Positions 1 to 8,766 of a DNA stretch of 42,024 nucleotides are shown here, piece after piece. The notes under the pieces were generated by a model that had not been told where the DNA came from, ran no database searches, and worked only from the letters and a program-made list of their open reading frames with translations. Within the stretch, counting starts at the first letter, position 1. Every line of letters starts with the position of its first letter. Both the position numbers and the translations under genes were made by a program. Source of the DNA: Candidatus Fonsibacter ubiquis (lineage in GTDB: Bacteria > Pseudomonadota > Gammaproteobacteria > Pseudomonadales > Azotimanducaceae); assembly GCA_964220205.1 (NCBI GenBank), contig CAXPUI010000356.1, positions 1-42,024 on the forward strand. Reading direction: 5' to 3'.

Positions 1-434
1 ACGGGGTCCATCACTCATTCAAAAAACTGAATGCCCTGAACTTCGGCTTAAATCACCCTATCGAGTATTTCTTTATCCTGTTACCTTCCTTGCTGGTTGA
101 GCTGACTTTCGGCGTCGGTATTGCAGCAGCGGGCGCTTCAATTCTAACCGTTACTCAAACCTCGATAGTCCACTCCAATATCCGGCTCAACACTGTCGGC
201 ATCGGCTGGCTCTTTACTACCAATCACTATCACATCTGCCATCACTCCGCGGACCTGGATGAAAGCAATACCAATTACGGGTGCAGCGCAATCATCTGGG
301 ACAGAGTGTTTGGCACCTTCCTCGATCGCGACATTTCTGAAGCGGGAACCGGCCCGACAGAGCCAACCCTTTGGCAAAAATTCCTTATGCCCCTCAAGGA
401 ACCTGACGATACTTCTATCGCACCAGGTGCCTGA
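1..434 (+). CDS. Fatty acid hydroxylase / sterol desaturase superfamily membrane protein, C-terminal part (5' end outside window)
   Basis: The frame is open from base 3. Upstream of the listed TTG it reads GVHHSFKK..., followed by HYHICHHSAD and NYGCSAIIWDRVFGTF. These are HxxHH histidine boxes and the C-terminal D(R)xFGT motif of the di-iron FA_hydroxylase family. Stop at 432-434. Confidence 0.8.
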   Translation, partial: GVHHSFKKLNALNFGLNHPIEYFFILLPSLLVELTFGVGIAAAGASILTVTQTSIVHSNIRLNTVGIGWLFTTNHYHICHHSADLDESNTNYGCSAIIWDRVFGTFLDRDISEAGTGPTEPTLWQKFLMPLKEPDDTSIAPGA

Positions 435-439
435 GAGCG

Positions 440-1330
440 CTAGGACACGGGCCGGTTGATGATATAAATACCGATACCCGCCATAAACAGCGACAGCGCT
501 AGCATGGGGGTAACGGGATCATCAAATATCGCCCAACCAAAAAAGACGCCGAAAATGGGCGCAAGCAGACTGTAAGAAGCCATATTTGATACCGGGTAAA
601 CAGACAGTACCCAGAACCACACCAGGAAGCCGACCGAGACAATCGCTACGACCTGAAACGCAAATACCATGAGTATCGTCAGGTCAGGTTCACGTATCGG
701 GGAACCAACCATCAGCGCCAGAGCGGTCAAAATCAGCGCAGAGACCCCGAGTTGATAGAGAAGGTTCATTTCCGACGAGACGGTCTGCAGTTTCAATCGA
801 GTTAACAGGGTAATGGACGCCCAGAACATACCACCGACAAGCGCGAGCAGGTCGCCAATCCAAGCGTCGTCCGGTGCGTCACCCAAGTCGCCTGACAAGG
901 CCAGGGCAATCCCGGCGAGCGCCAGTCCAAGACCCACGACCTTGTTTCTATTCAGGGGTTCACCGGGAATTAGAAAATGAGCGGCTGTCGCGACCCAGAC
1001 TGGCATAACGTAGAAAAATAAACTGACCCGGGCGACGGTTGTATAATCAAGAGCAATGAACAGCAGCGCGAATTCTGCGCAGAACAGCAGTCCATTCAAG
1101 ACACCCCAAGGCAACGACCCATCAGTGACCGACAATCGTCTCCGCCAAATCAGGGCAATCAGCAGGACGATGGGAAATGCGCAGACCGATCGCAACCCTG
1201 ACTGAAACAGCGGCGAGAAACCGGCATTAACGAGTTTTATCAGCGCCTGGTTGAGACCCAGAAGGATACTGAAACTGATGAGGAAGGTGGATCCAAGCGC
1301 ATCCATTTGCGTTTTTCGTTCAACGATCAT
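440..1330 (-). CDS. EamA/DMT-family (RhaT-like) transporter
   Basis: Polytopic protein of about 10 TM segments with a two-halves architecture typical of EamA carriers. ATG at 1330 (MIVERKTQMDALG) is preferred because the ORF-track start at 1369 would overlap the upstream gene. Alternative ATG at 1306. Confidence 0.7.
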   Translation of the reverse strand: MIVERKTQMDALGSTFLISFSILLGLNQALIKLVNAGFSPLFQSGLRSVCAFPIVLLIALIWRRRLSVTDGSLPWGVLNGLLFCAEFALLFIALDYTTVARVSLFFYVMPVWVATAAHFLIPGEPLNRNKVVGLGLALAGIALALSGDLGDAPDDAWIGDLLALVGGMFWASITLLTRLKLQTVSSEMNLLYQLGVSALILTALALMVGSPIREPDLTILMVFAFQVVAIVSVGFLVWFWVLSVYPVSNMASYSLLAPIFGVFFGWAIFDDPVTPMLALSLFMAGIGIYIINRPVS

Positions 1331-1337
1331 TCGGTAC

Positions 1338-2213
1338 TCACAGCGGTAATTTTCGCCAGCTTTTGGCAAACAGGATAGACGCTATCAGCACTGAGACGAA
1401 ATAGACAGTGGGTAACAGGGCGACATCAATTCTCTCGAGACTATTCGCAGCCACCAGAAACGCCACAGCTAGGTTACGAGTCGATCCTTCCAAGGCTACC
1501 GTGACTGCATCTGCTGCAGTCAGGCGCGCCAGGCGCGATAACATCAGGCACAAACCGATATTCAACATACAGAGCAACAGCGAAATCGGTAACGCATCAC
1601 TCACCCCGAGCTTCATGACTGGCCAGTTCTCAACAATCAGCAAGACGACCACTCCATAGAGCATCAGTTGGGCGACTTGTTGCGAGATTGAAATCAGTCG
1701 TGTCGAGAGAAATTTCAGCTTGGCAGCCATCATCATGCCCAGCACCAGTGGCAAAAATACAAGGCCTGCAACTGACGAAACGATATCAAGTATCGGCACA
1801 CTTCCAGATACCCTTAATGATTCAACGAAGAACCCAAATCCAGATAGAAGAAGCGGCACGGTCAGTAACGCGATCATCGTTGAAATGCCAGTCAGAACAA
1901 CAGAGAGAGGCAGGTTTGCTCGAGCAATACTTGTCAGGACGTTGGAAAACCCACCACTAGGGCAGGCAGCAATCAGCAGAATACCAATGACCGTAGCCTC
2001 AGTCAGAGAAATCGAGAGCAGGATGGCACCCACAATCACAATCAAAGCGATCACGGGGAATGTCAGTGTATGAATCAAGGTTCCCAGCAACGGCACCCGT
2101 GGTGCCTCAATCACCTTCGTTAACTGGGATACCCTGAGCTCCATCCCGATCGTCGCCATGGCTGCAAATACCACGACCGGCAGCAGATGTTGTTGCGCGG
2201 AAATTTCCTGCAT
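1338..2213 (-). CDS. Bile acid:Na+ symporter (BASS/SBF-like) family transporter
   Basis: 291 aa, polytopic. The segment AACPSGGFSNVLT matches the conserved CP(G/S)GxxSN region of BASS/SBF proteins. ATG at 2213. Only 7 nt separate it from the downstream EamA gene. Confidence 0.75.
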   Translation of the reverse strand: MQEISAQQHLLPVVVFAAMATIGMELRVSQLTKVIEAPRVPLLGTLIHTLTFPVIALIVIVGAILLSISLTEATVIGILLIAACPSGGFSNVLTSIARANLPLSVVLTGISTMIALLTVPLLLSGFGFFVESLRVSGSVPILDIVSSVAGLVFLPLVLGMMMAAKLKFLSTRLISISQQVAQLMLYGVVVLLIVENWPVMKLGVSDALPISLLLCMLNIGLCLMLSRLARLTAADAVTVALEGSTRNLAVAFLVAANSLERIDVALLPTVYFVSVLIASILFAKSWRKLPL

Positions 2214-2267
2214 AAGCCACGCGCTGAACGCTCAAAAGTGCAGCAGGATGCTAACCTCATAAAACCA

Positions 2268-2293
2268 CTTGATCAAGCTGTTTTTTATCGATA
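2268..2293. promoter_or_regulatory. Candidate TetR operator(s) in the divergent BASS/TetR spacer
   Basis: A perfect 10-bp palindrome CTTGATCAAG (2268-2277) and an 8-bp palindrome TATCGATA (2286-2293) lie in the 110-bp spacer between divergent genes. The function is inferred from position only. Confidence 0.3.
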
Positions 2294-2323
2294 GCATACT
2301 GATCTCTCACCACAGGCCCCTAC

Positions 2324-2950
2324 ATGACCAACCTGCCGAGTGACGACAATTTTATCGGTCGCGCCCGTTACGCAAAGGGCCGTGACACGCTGAAAGCCAT
2401 TCACGACGCGACCTACGACATTATTGTCAGTAAAGGTCTGTCAGCTGCGTCACAGGAGGCAATCGCCTCAAGAGCCAATGTCAGCCAGAGTACCGTCCGG
2501 CACTATTTCCCCACAAAAGCAGAGCTTTTGCTGGCTTTCTTTTCAGCCGGTGTGGAACGACTGCAAGCCACCCTGTCATACAAGCTCGCCGATGAGCAGT
2601 CACCACCGAAGCACAAGCTGCTCGATATTGTCGAGACTCACTACGATTGGATAAACAAGATCGACGACGTCTACTATTTTGAGTCCGCATCCTTCTGGGG
2701 AAGGAACCCGGATTTCAGAGCCCTCCGGGAAACGTGGTACCAGGAACTGGTTGACCACTATGTAACGCTGCTCCATGACATACACCCTGAGTGGAGTACC
2801 GATGATTGCGAGGCAACCGGATTCCAGCTGATCACTCTGGTTCTGGGTGCCTGGACCACCATGGGTAACACCCGTCCGCTATACAGAAGAAGTGACAAGC
2901 AAAGCTTGAAACTGACTTTGTTGGAAGGCGTCAGGAAACTGATCAGTTAA
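2324..2950 (+). CDS. TetR/AcrR-family transcriptional regulator
   Basis: The N-terminal HTH SQEAIASRANVSQSTVRHYFPTKAELL is a TetR_N signature. 208 aa. Confidence 0.9.
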   Translation: MTNLPSDDNFIGRARYAKGRDTLKAIHDATYDIIVSKGLSAASQEAIASRANVSQSTVRHYFPTKAELLLAFFSAGVERLQATLSYKLADEQSPPKHKLLDIVETHYDWINKIDDVYYFESASFWGRNPDFRALRETWYQELVDHYVTLLHDIHPEWSTDDCEATGFQLITLVLGAWTTMGNTRPLYRRSDKQSLKLTLLEGVRKLIS

Positions 2951-2981
2951 CGGGCTATCAACCAAAGATTAGGGAAACATC

Positions 2982-3734
2982 ATGCAGGTAAACAGACTAA
3001 CAGGAACGTTTGGCGCACAAGTTTCGGATATCGATCTCTCTGAGCTGAAAGACCATGATTTCATTCACCTCGCGGACACTCTCTGGGAGCACCAGGTTCT
3101 GGTCTTCAAAAATCAGAACCTGGATGTCAGTGACCATATTCGACTAGGCAGCCTGTTTGGCGAGTTGCACACGCACCCTTCGGCACTGGGTCTACCCGAC
3201 CACCCGGAGGTCCTGGTCATTGCCAATGAAGGCAAAGAGAAAAACATCACTGAGGTATGGCACTCAGATGTCTGTTGCGAGCAACGTCCACCATCAATAT
3301 CAATACTTCAGGCGATCAAGACACCTGATCACGGCGGCGACACCATGTGGGCGAACCAGTATGAAGCACTCAATCGCCTGTCACCGGCTATGCGGGCCAT
3401 GCTTCAGCCACTTCGAGCAACCCACAAAGGGTTCGAGATGGAAGCCACTCATCCCGTCATCCGCACGCACCCTGAAACCGGCCGCCAGGCCCTCTATGTC
3501 AATCACGGTTTTACTTCTCATTTTGATGGCATGACTCAAGAGGAAAGCCTGCCTCTGCTGAACTATCTGATCGATATCGCGGCCAGCCCTGATCTGACAA
3601 TGCGCCATAGCTGGTCAGAGGGTGATATCGTCATCTGGGACAATCGGTGTGTCATGCACTACGCGATCCACGACTACGCGGACGCCTCCAGGCGCATGCA
3701 TCGTGTTACCGTAATCGGGGAGATACCACAATGA
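2982..3734 (+). CDS. tauD: TauD/TfdA-family Fe(II)/2-oxoglutarate dioxygenase (taurine/sulfonate dioxygenase-like)
   Basis: WHSD (HxD iron ligands), GGDTMWAN, THPETGRQALYVN, WDNRCVMHYA and RRMHRVTV are collinear with E. coli TauD. ELHTHP keeps the His70 equivalent. It is only 250 aa because the loop before the THPxxG segment is short. Confidence 0.8.
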   Translation: MQVNRLTGTFGAQVSDIDLSELKDHDFIHLADTLWEHQVLVFKNQNLDVSDHIRLGSLFGELHTHPSALGLPDHPEVLVIANEGKEKNITEVWHSDVCCEQRPPSISILQAIKTPDHGGDTMWANQYEALNRLSPAMRAMLQPLRATHKGFEMEATHPVIRTHPETGRQALYVNHGFTSHFDGMTQEESLPLLNYLIDIAASPDLTMRHSWSEGDIVIWDNRCVMHYAIHDYADASRRMHRVTVIGEIPQ

Positions 3735-4954
3735 CCGAAACTTATGGCGCAGCCAATGGACTCCTGAGCCGCCGGCACCTGTTAAAGGCAGGCGCAGCAA
3801 CACTGGCGTTGCCCGTCATGGCTGATGAAGCCTGGAGACAAACCCCGGGTCAGCCAACCAGCGCTTACGGCGAGCCTTCCCGTTTCGCCCGGCTGCAGAG
3901 AGAACGGGTCAACGCACACCCTTATGGACCTGCGGCAGGGTCGTCATCAACGCCTCTGCAATTCATGAACGGAACCATTACTCCCAACAGCCTGCATTTC
4001 GAAAGACATCACAGCGGCATCCCGGACATCAACCCCGAACGACATGAACTGACCATTTTCGGGCTGGTCGAAAGACCATTGGCCTTCAACTACAGTGACC
4101 TTCTGCGCTACCCCATGATCAGTCGCGTGATGTTTCTTGAGTGTTCCGGTAACAGTTACCAAAATACTGCGCCGGATGCCGCAGACATGACCTGTGGTGA
4201 GCTGAACGGATTAATCTCCAGCGCGGAGTGGACAGGCGTACCGCTCCACCACCTCCTGGAAGAAGTCGGTGTCAAACCTTCAGCGACCTGGGTTATCGCC
4301 GAAGGAGCAGATGCTTCCGGCAACAATCGCAGTGTACCCCTGTCGCTGGCACTCGACGATGCCATGGTTGCCCTTTATCAGAATGGCGAACCGCTTCGAC
4401 CCGCGCACGGCTATCCTGTACGCCTGCTGGTACCAGGATGCGAGGGGAATCTCAGCATCAAGTGGTTACGCAGCCTGAAGCTGCTGGATCGGCCGGCTCA
4501 CACCCGGGAAGAAACCAGCAAGTACTCAGACCTGATGCAGGATGGTATCGCTGGTCAGTTTTCTCTGAAGATGGAGGTTAAGTCCCTGATCACATCGCCC
4601 TCCGGCAGGATGAGCCTCCGTGAAAAAGGCATCTATGAAATTTCCGGCCTCGCCTGGTCAGGGATGGGCGAAATTCGCCGTGTTGAGGTCAGCGCAGATG
4701 GCGGATCAAGCTGGGCTGACGCCGAACTGCAGTCCGAAACCGGACCTCATCGCGCAGTTCGTTTCAGAATTCCATGGCGGTGGCAGGGTCAACCCGCGAT
4801 TTTACAGAGCCGGGCACTCGACAGCTCTGGCAACCAGCAGCCAACGCGTGACAACGCCCTTCGGGGCCACGCACCGGGTCTGGTCTATCACTACAACGGC
4901 ATCCAAAGCTGGCTTGTCAATGAGCAAGGTCAGGTAAGAAACCATTATGCATAG
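3731..4954 (+). CDS. sorA: Sulfite dehydrogenase, molybdopterin subunit (SorA-like, sulfite oxidase family)
   Basis: ATG at 3731 gives the twin-arginine leader LSRRHLLKAGAATLALPVMA. FLECSGNS is the Mo-ligand Cys motif. The ATGA overlaps the stop of the upstream gene. Confidence 0.85.
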   Translation: MTETYGAANGLLSRRHLLKAGAATLALPVMADEAWRQTPGQPTSAYGEPSRFARLQRERVNAHPYGPAAGSSSTPLQFMNGTITPNSLHFERHHSGIPDINPERHELTIFGLVERPLAFNYSDLLRYPMISRVMFLECSGNSYQNTAPDAADMTCGELNGLISSAEWTGVPLHHLLEEVGVKPSATWVIAEGADASGNNRSVPLSLALDDAMVALYQNGEPLRPAHGYPVRLLVPGCEGNLSIKWLRSLKLLDRPAHTREETSKYSDLMQDGIAGQFSLKMEVKSLITSPSGRMSLREKGIYEISGLAWSGMGEIRRVEVSADGGSSWADAELQSETGPHRAVRFRIPWRWQGQPAILQSRALDSSGNQQPTRDNALRGHAPGLVYHYNGIQSWLVNEQGQVRNHYA

Positions 4955-5507
4955 ACTGCTCTGTTTCTGGCCGCTTGCCTTGTGCGTTGCCTCGCTGCTT
5001 TCGTTTCCTCTATCTGCTTGGGCAGAACTCGGCCTGCATCTACAGCCTGCTTTGGGCAAGCCCGCTCCGCATGGGTTTGAAGCCGTCGTCGCGCCTGACG
5101 GTTCCGGCGCACCCGCAGGAAAAGGCACAGCTGAAATCGGCAGGCCTCTATACGATGCTCACTGCGCCGCCTGCCATGGACTCGATGGCAAACTGGCCGG
5201 CAATGCCATCGCCGGGGGTATCGGCAGTCTGCGCAGTGCCAGACCCAATAAGACCGTCGGTAGCTACTGGCCTTACGCCACCACCCTGTTTGACTACATC
5301 AATCGAGCCATGCCTTACGGCAACGAGAAATCATTGCAGGCCGACGAGGTCTATGCCATTACCGCCTATGTGTTACACCTCAATGGTCTGGTTCCAGCGA
5401 CACAGGTCATCAACGCAGACAATCTCTCTCACATAGAGATGCCTAATCGGAACGGCTTTAGAGAGCTGCCCGGGTTTCGCCCAATTTCTGCCGAGGCAAC
5501 GCGCTAG
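4947..5507 (+). CDS. sorB: Monoheme cytochrome c, sulfite dehydrogenase electron acceptor (SorB-like)
   Basis: Signal peptide MHRLLCFWPLALCVASLLSFPLSAWA and a single CAACHG heme-c site. It overlaps sorA by 8 nt. Confidence 0.8.
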   Translation: MHRLLCFWPLALCVASLLSFPLSAWAELGLHLQPALGKPAPHGFEAVVAPDGSGAPAGKGTAEIGRPLYDAHCAACHGLDGKLAGNAIAGGIGSLRSARPNKTVGSYWPYATTLFDYINRAMPYGNEKSLQADEVYAITAYVLHLNGLVPATQVINADNLSHIEMPNRNGFRELPGFRPISAEATR

Positions 5508-6364
5508 CGCTCTGCTTCCTTCTGTTGGGAACCGAAGATTGTTGGTGCTTGCGCCCAATCCGGTGCTGCATGCATGGTCCTGCCTGCAACCGTCAGCAGT
5601 TGGGGTGAATCGTCACCGATGACACAACCACCACTTGGTCCAAGTACGCCATTCGCACCTAACCCTTTGACGGGATAGGAATCCACGGCGGAATAAGTCT
5701 GTAGCAGCAGGGGTCGAACCCTGGGGGAATTGTTGGGATAGCTACCATGCACCATGCAACAGTTATGGACAGTCACGGAACCAGCTGGTCCTTTCAGCCA
5801 GACCACATCATCAATGGCGAGTCGCTCAGCATCGCGATCCTTAATCGCGCCTGCCCAACTACCATCCTCCGCGTAGAGGTCATAGAGTTCGCCCTTGTGG
5901 CTGCCCGGCAGGACACCCATTGGCCCCATGTCATCGTCTACATCAGACAGATAAACACCGATAGTCAGCGGGGAGAAGTCCGTATGCGGCCAGAACTGGA
6001 TGTCCTGGTGCCATTTCACCTCTTCACCACCATCTGACCATTTGTAATTGAGCTTGCTATGGTGATACCGCACTGGCTTACCCAGAATAGCCATCGCGAT
6101 TTCCGCCGCAAGGCCTTCCAGCATGAAGTGCCGGAACGTTTCATGAGCATCAACAGGCGAAGTCAGTCGACGGAGTCGCGGACGCTCTGCGGAATGATCA
6201 GGTTCCACATCAAACCGTCGGTCCGTTTCACCCAACTCTCGACTGAGCTCAACAAACTCCTCCGCGACCGCACTGAGTTCGGTCAGAATGTCAGCAGGCA
6301 CGAAAGACTCAAGCAGCAGGTAGCCATCGTCGTGGTAGGATCTTAATTGTTCCCTGGTAAGCAT
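5504..6364 (-). CDS. Phytanoyl-CoA dioxygenase (PhyH) family Fe(II)/2OG oxygenase
   Basis: The N-terminus LTREQLRSYHDDGYLLLESFVP is typical of PhyH. WHQD supplies the HxD ligands and VHNCCMVHGSYPN the distal His. Confidence 0.85.
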   Translation of the reverse strand: MLTREQLRSYHDDGYLLLESFVPADILTELSAVAEEFVELSRELGETDRRFDVEPDHSAERPRLRRLTSPVDAHETFRHFMLEGLAAEIAMAILGKPVRYHHSKLNYKWSDGGEEVKWHQDIQFWPHTDFSPLTIGVYLSDVDDDMGPMGVLPGSHKGELYDLYAEDGSWAGAIKDRDAERLAIDDVVWLKGPAGSVTVHNCCMVHGSYPNNSPRVRPLLLQTYSAVDSYPVKGLGANGVLGPSGGCVIGDDSPQLLTVAGRTMHAAPDWAQAPTIFGSQQKEAER

Positions 6365-6532
6365 CAGTCACGCGCTCCTGGTCCGTATGTCTATTCAAGC
6401 CAACCGAGTATTCAGGTCATCCGAGCCCCGCGCGGTGACCTGTTAGATCGACACTAACATAAACCCGCTATACCCGCAGGGCATCAGCGTGTTAAACCAG
6501 CCATCGCTCAGCTGAGATCATGGACTCAACGC

Positions 6533-7339
6533 CTAGACACGATCAGGCGGACTGGCTCCGCCGTGATTCAACCCCCCGAATGACTCGAGATGGCCGTCGA
6601 CGTTCATAATCTGTCCGGTGACCTTCCTGGCAGCATCCGATGCCAGGAAGATTGCCATGTCAGCCACATCAGCCGCAGCAATAAACGTCCGCAGGGAAGA
6701 ACCACTGGTGTAACCCTGGCGAATTTCAGCTTCACTGACACCTTTTTCTACTGCTTCCGAGGCAATTACGCGATCCATCCGACTACCCTCAACACTGCCA
6801 GGACAGATGACATTGCAACGAATACCATGAATACCCAGTTCCATCGCCAGCGACTTGGTCAGCCCGATGACTCCCCACTTGGAACTTGCATAAGGCGCCC
6901 TCAAGGGATAACCATGCCATCCGGCCGTCGACGCAATATTAATGATGTTCCCTCGACCCTGGCGCTTCATGTGAGGGACGACCTCCCTGCAGCTGATGTA
7001 CATAGCGTCAAGATTCACCGCCATGCAGCGTCGCCAGTCCTGGATAGAGATGTCTTCGATACCTGACGTTGGCCCCTGGATGCCTGCACAATTGACAAGC
7101 ACATCAATCGAACCGAAGACGTCAACATGCTGGCGCACTGCGGCCACCACACCCTCCTCATCAGACACGTCAACGACCGTATGCAGGTACTCCTGAGGCA
7201 GCCCATGCAATGCGGATTCATCGATATCAATAACATGCACGGCCGCGCCCGACCCGGAAAAACCTTCAGCAATAGCTCGACCTATGCCCGTTGCACCGGC
7301 TGTGACCAGGACGCTTTTTGGATTATCTTTATTGGTCAT
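6533..7339 (-). CDS. Short-chain dehydrogenase/reductase (SDR)
   Basis: The cofactor loop is TAGATGIGRAIA and the catalytic motif is YASSKWGV (YxxxK). 268 aa. Confidence 0.9.
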   Translation of the reverse strand: MTNKDNPKSVLVTAGATGIGRAIAEGFSGSGAAVHVIDIDESALHGLPQEYLHTVVDVSDEEGVVAAVRQHVDVFGSIDVLVNCAGIQGPTSGIEDISIQDWRRCMAVNLDAMYISCREVVPHMKRQGRGNIINIASTAGWHGYPLRAPYASSKWGVIGLTKSLAMELGIHGIRCNVICPGSVEGSRMDRVIASEAVEKGVSEAEIRQGYTSGSSLRTFIAAADVADMAIFLASDAARKVTGQIMNVDGHLESFGGLNHGGASPPDRV

Positions 7340-7689
7340 CGAGTCGCCATCATCATCAACTCCACGGGTAGGTGACGCCGTACTATAGAGATGCCTATGC
7401 TAACCCCCTTGGCTTGTGATACAAACTCAGGGAGCAAAGAATGATTCGGCGCATGAAAACAGGTGACGAATCTTTCGGGGACATGACCGCACTCGAGATT
7501 AACGTGACTGCAGCGACCAAGGTTTCGCGTTATGCTCAGATCCGCCTGCGCGTCGGGTACAACCAACCATCGACCCGGCAGGCCAGGATCGATCGACGCT
7601 CAGCCATTCTGGTAAGCGGCGAAACAGCATGAACCGGAATGGCCAGTAGCGAGCACTCTCCTGGCTTGTCAAAACGATGAACTGATCCT

Positions 7690-8727
7690 ATGAACGAAGC
7701 AGGACCTATAACCGATATTACCGCTGAAATCTGGTCTATCCTGGCCGGCAATGTGCCGAGTGACCTGCATTGGCGGACATTGTTGATTACCCTGGTCATC
7801 GGCACACTGATCTACATCATCCGCAACGGTCAGGGCGCCAGGGACGCCGGTGGCCGGGCTCGAGACAGCCAGGCAGACAGGTGGCCGCTGCTCAACTATC
7901 TGCTGCCGAAAGACATCTATACGCATGTCTCGGCGCGAGTCGACATTTGGCTCTGGATACTGGAACGAATCCTCCGCCCCCTTTGGGCCGTCAGCCTGCT
8001 CGCTACCGTCGGGCCTGTCACAGAACAATTCATGATCAGCATTCTGCAGTATCTGATCGGCAACTCTCCCGGGCTTGAGGTTAACTACGCTTGGATGCTG
8101 CTTTACAGCCTGGTTATCCTGCTCCTTTACGACCTGGTTTTTTTCCTGATCCACTACACGATGCATAAGGTTCCTGCGCTCTGGGCAATACACAAGGTTC
8201 ATCACTCTGCCGAGGTCCTGACGCCCCTGACTCGATATCGGGAACACTTCATGGCAGGCCCGATCTGGGCCGCGGGTGCAGCATTAAGCTACGGGCTAGC
8301 GGGTGGAGTTTTTGGCTGGCTGTTTGCCGGCAGCATCACTCAGGCAACCCTGTTCAATATCGGGTTCTTCGCGCTGCTGTTCGGTTTCACCGGATCTTTT
8401 CGCCACTACCATGTCCAATTCCGTTACTGGCCCTGGCTGGAAAAATGGTTGCAGAGCCCGGCGATGCACCATGTTCATCACAGTTACCTGGAGCAACACT
8501 GGGACAAGAATTTCGCCGCCATTACGAGTATCTACGACCGTATGTTTGGTACCCTTTATGTACCCGAAACCGACGAGTACACGCCGTGGGGGATAGGCCC
8601 GGATACCCAGGCGGAATATCGCACTTTCCTGCAGAATACCTCCGGACCATTCAGGGACTGGTACCATATGCTTCGGGGAGGACGCTCACCTCAAGCCGGG
8701 GCACAAGTGGAAGCTGATGTCCCCTGA
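7690..8727 (+). CDS. Fatty acid hydroxylase / sterol desaturase superfamily membrane di-iron oxygenase
   Basis: Histidine boxes HYTMH, HKVHHS and HHVHHS followed by IYDRMFGT. Several TM segments. Paralog of the partial gene at 1-434. Confidence 0.85.
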   Translation: MNEAGPITDITAEIWSILAGNVPSDLHWRTLLITLVIGTLIYIIRNGQGARDAGGRARDSQADRWPLLNYLLPKDIYTHVSARVDIWLWILERILRPLWAVSLLATVGPVTEQFMISILQYLIGNSPGLEVNYAWMLLYSLVILLLYDLVFFLIHYTMHKVPALWAIHKVHHSAEVLTPLTRYREHFMAGPIWAAGAALSYGLAGGVFGWLFAGSITQATLFNIGFFALLFGFTGSFRHYHVQFRYWPWLEKWLQSPAMHHVHHSYLEQHWDKNFAAITSIYDRMFGTLYVPETDEYTPWGIGPDTQAEYRTFLQNTSGPFRDWYHMLRGGRSPQAGAQVEADVP

Positions 8728-8766
8728 CCACCTCGACTAACGATCAGAAAACAAAAATAATCGGAC

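Noticed and set aside
3647-3730. ORF-track N-terminal extension of sorA (MCHALRDPRL...), overlapping the tauD 3' end
   Set aside because: The internal ATG at 3731 yields a canonical twin-arginine leader and an ATGA coupling to tauD. The extension has no signal-peptide character. Similar extensions were trimmed at 33487-33651 (BVMO), 19254-19343 (carboxylesterase), 25436-25483 (dehydrogenase), 22460-22534 (HLD fusion), 39264-39302 (HLD2), 27118-27171 (membrane protein) and 1331-1369 (EamA).
6507-6516. 10-bp palindrome CTCAGCTGAG between the SDR and PhyH genes, as a terminator or operator
   Set aside because: It has no loop, so it cannot form a stable hairpin. It occurs once, and no regulator gene is nearby. 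It may be a chance restriction-site-like palindrome.
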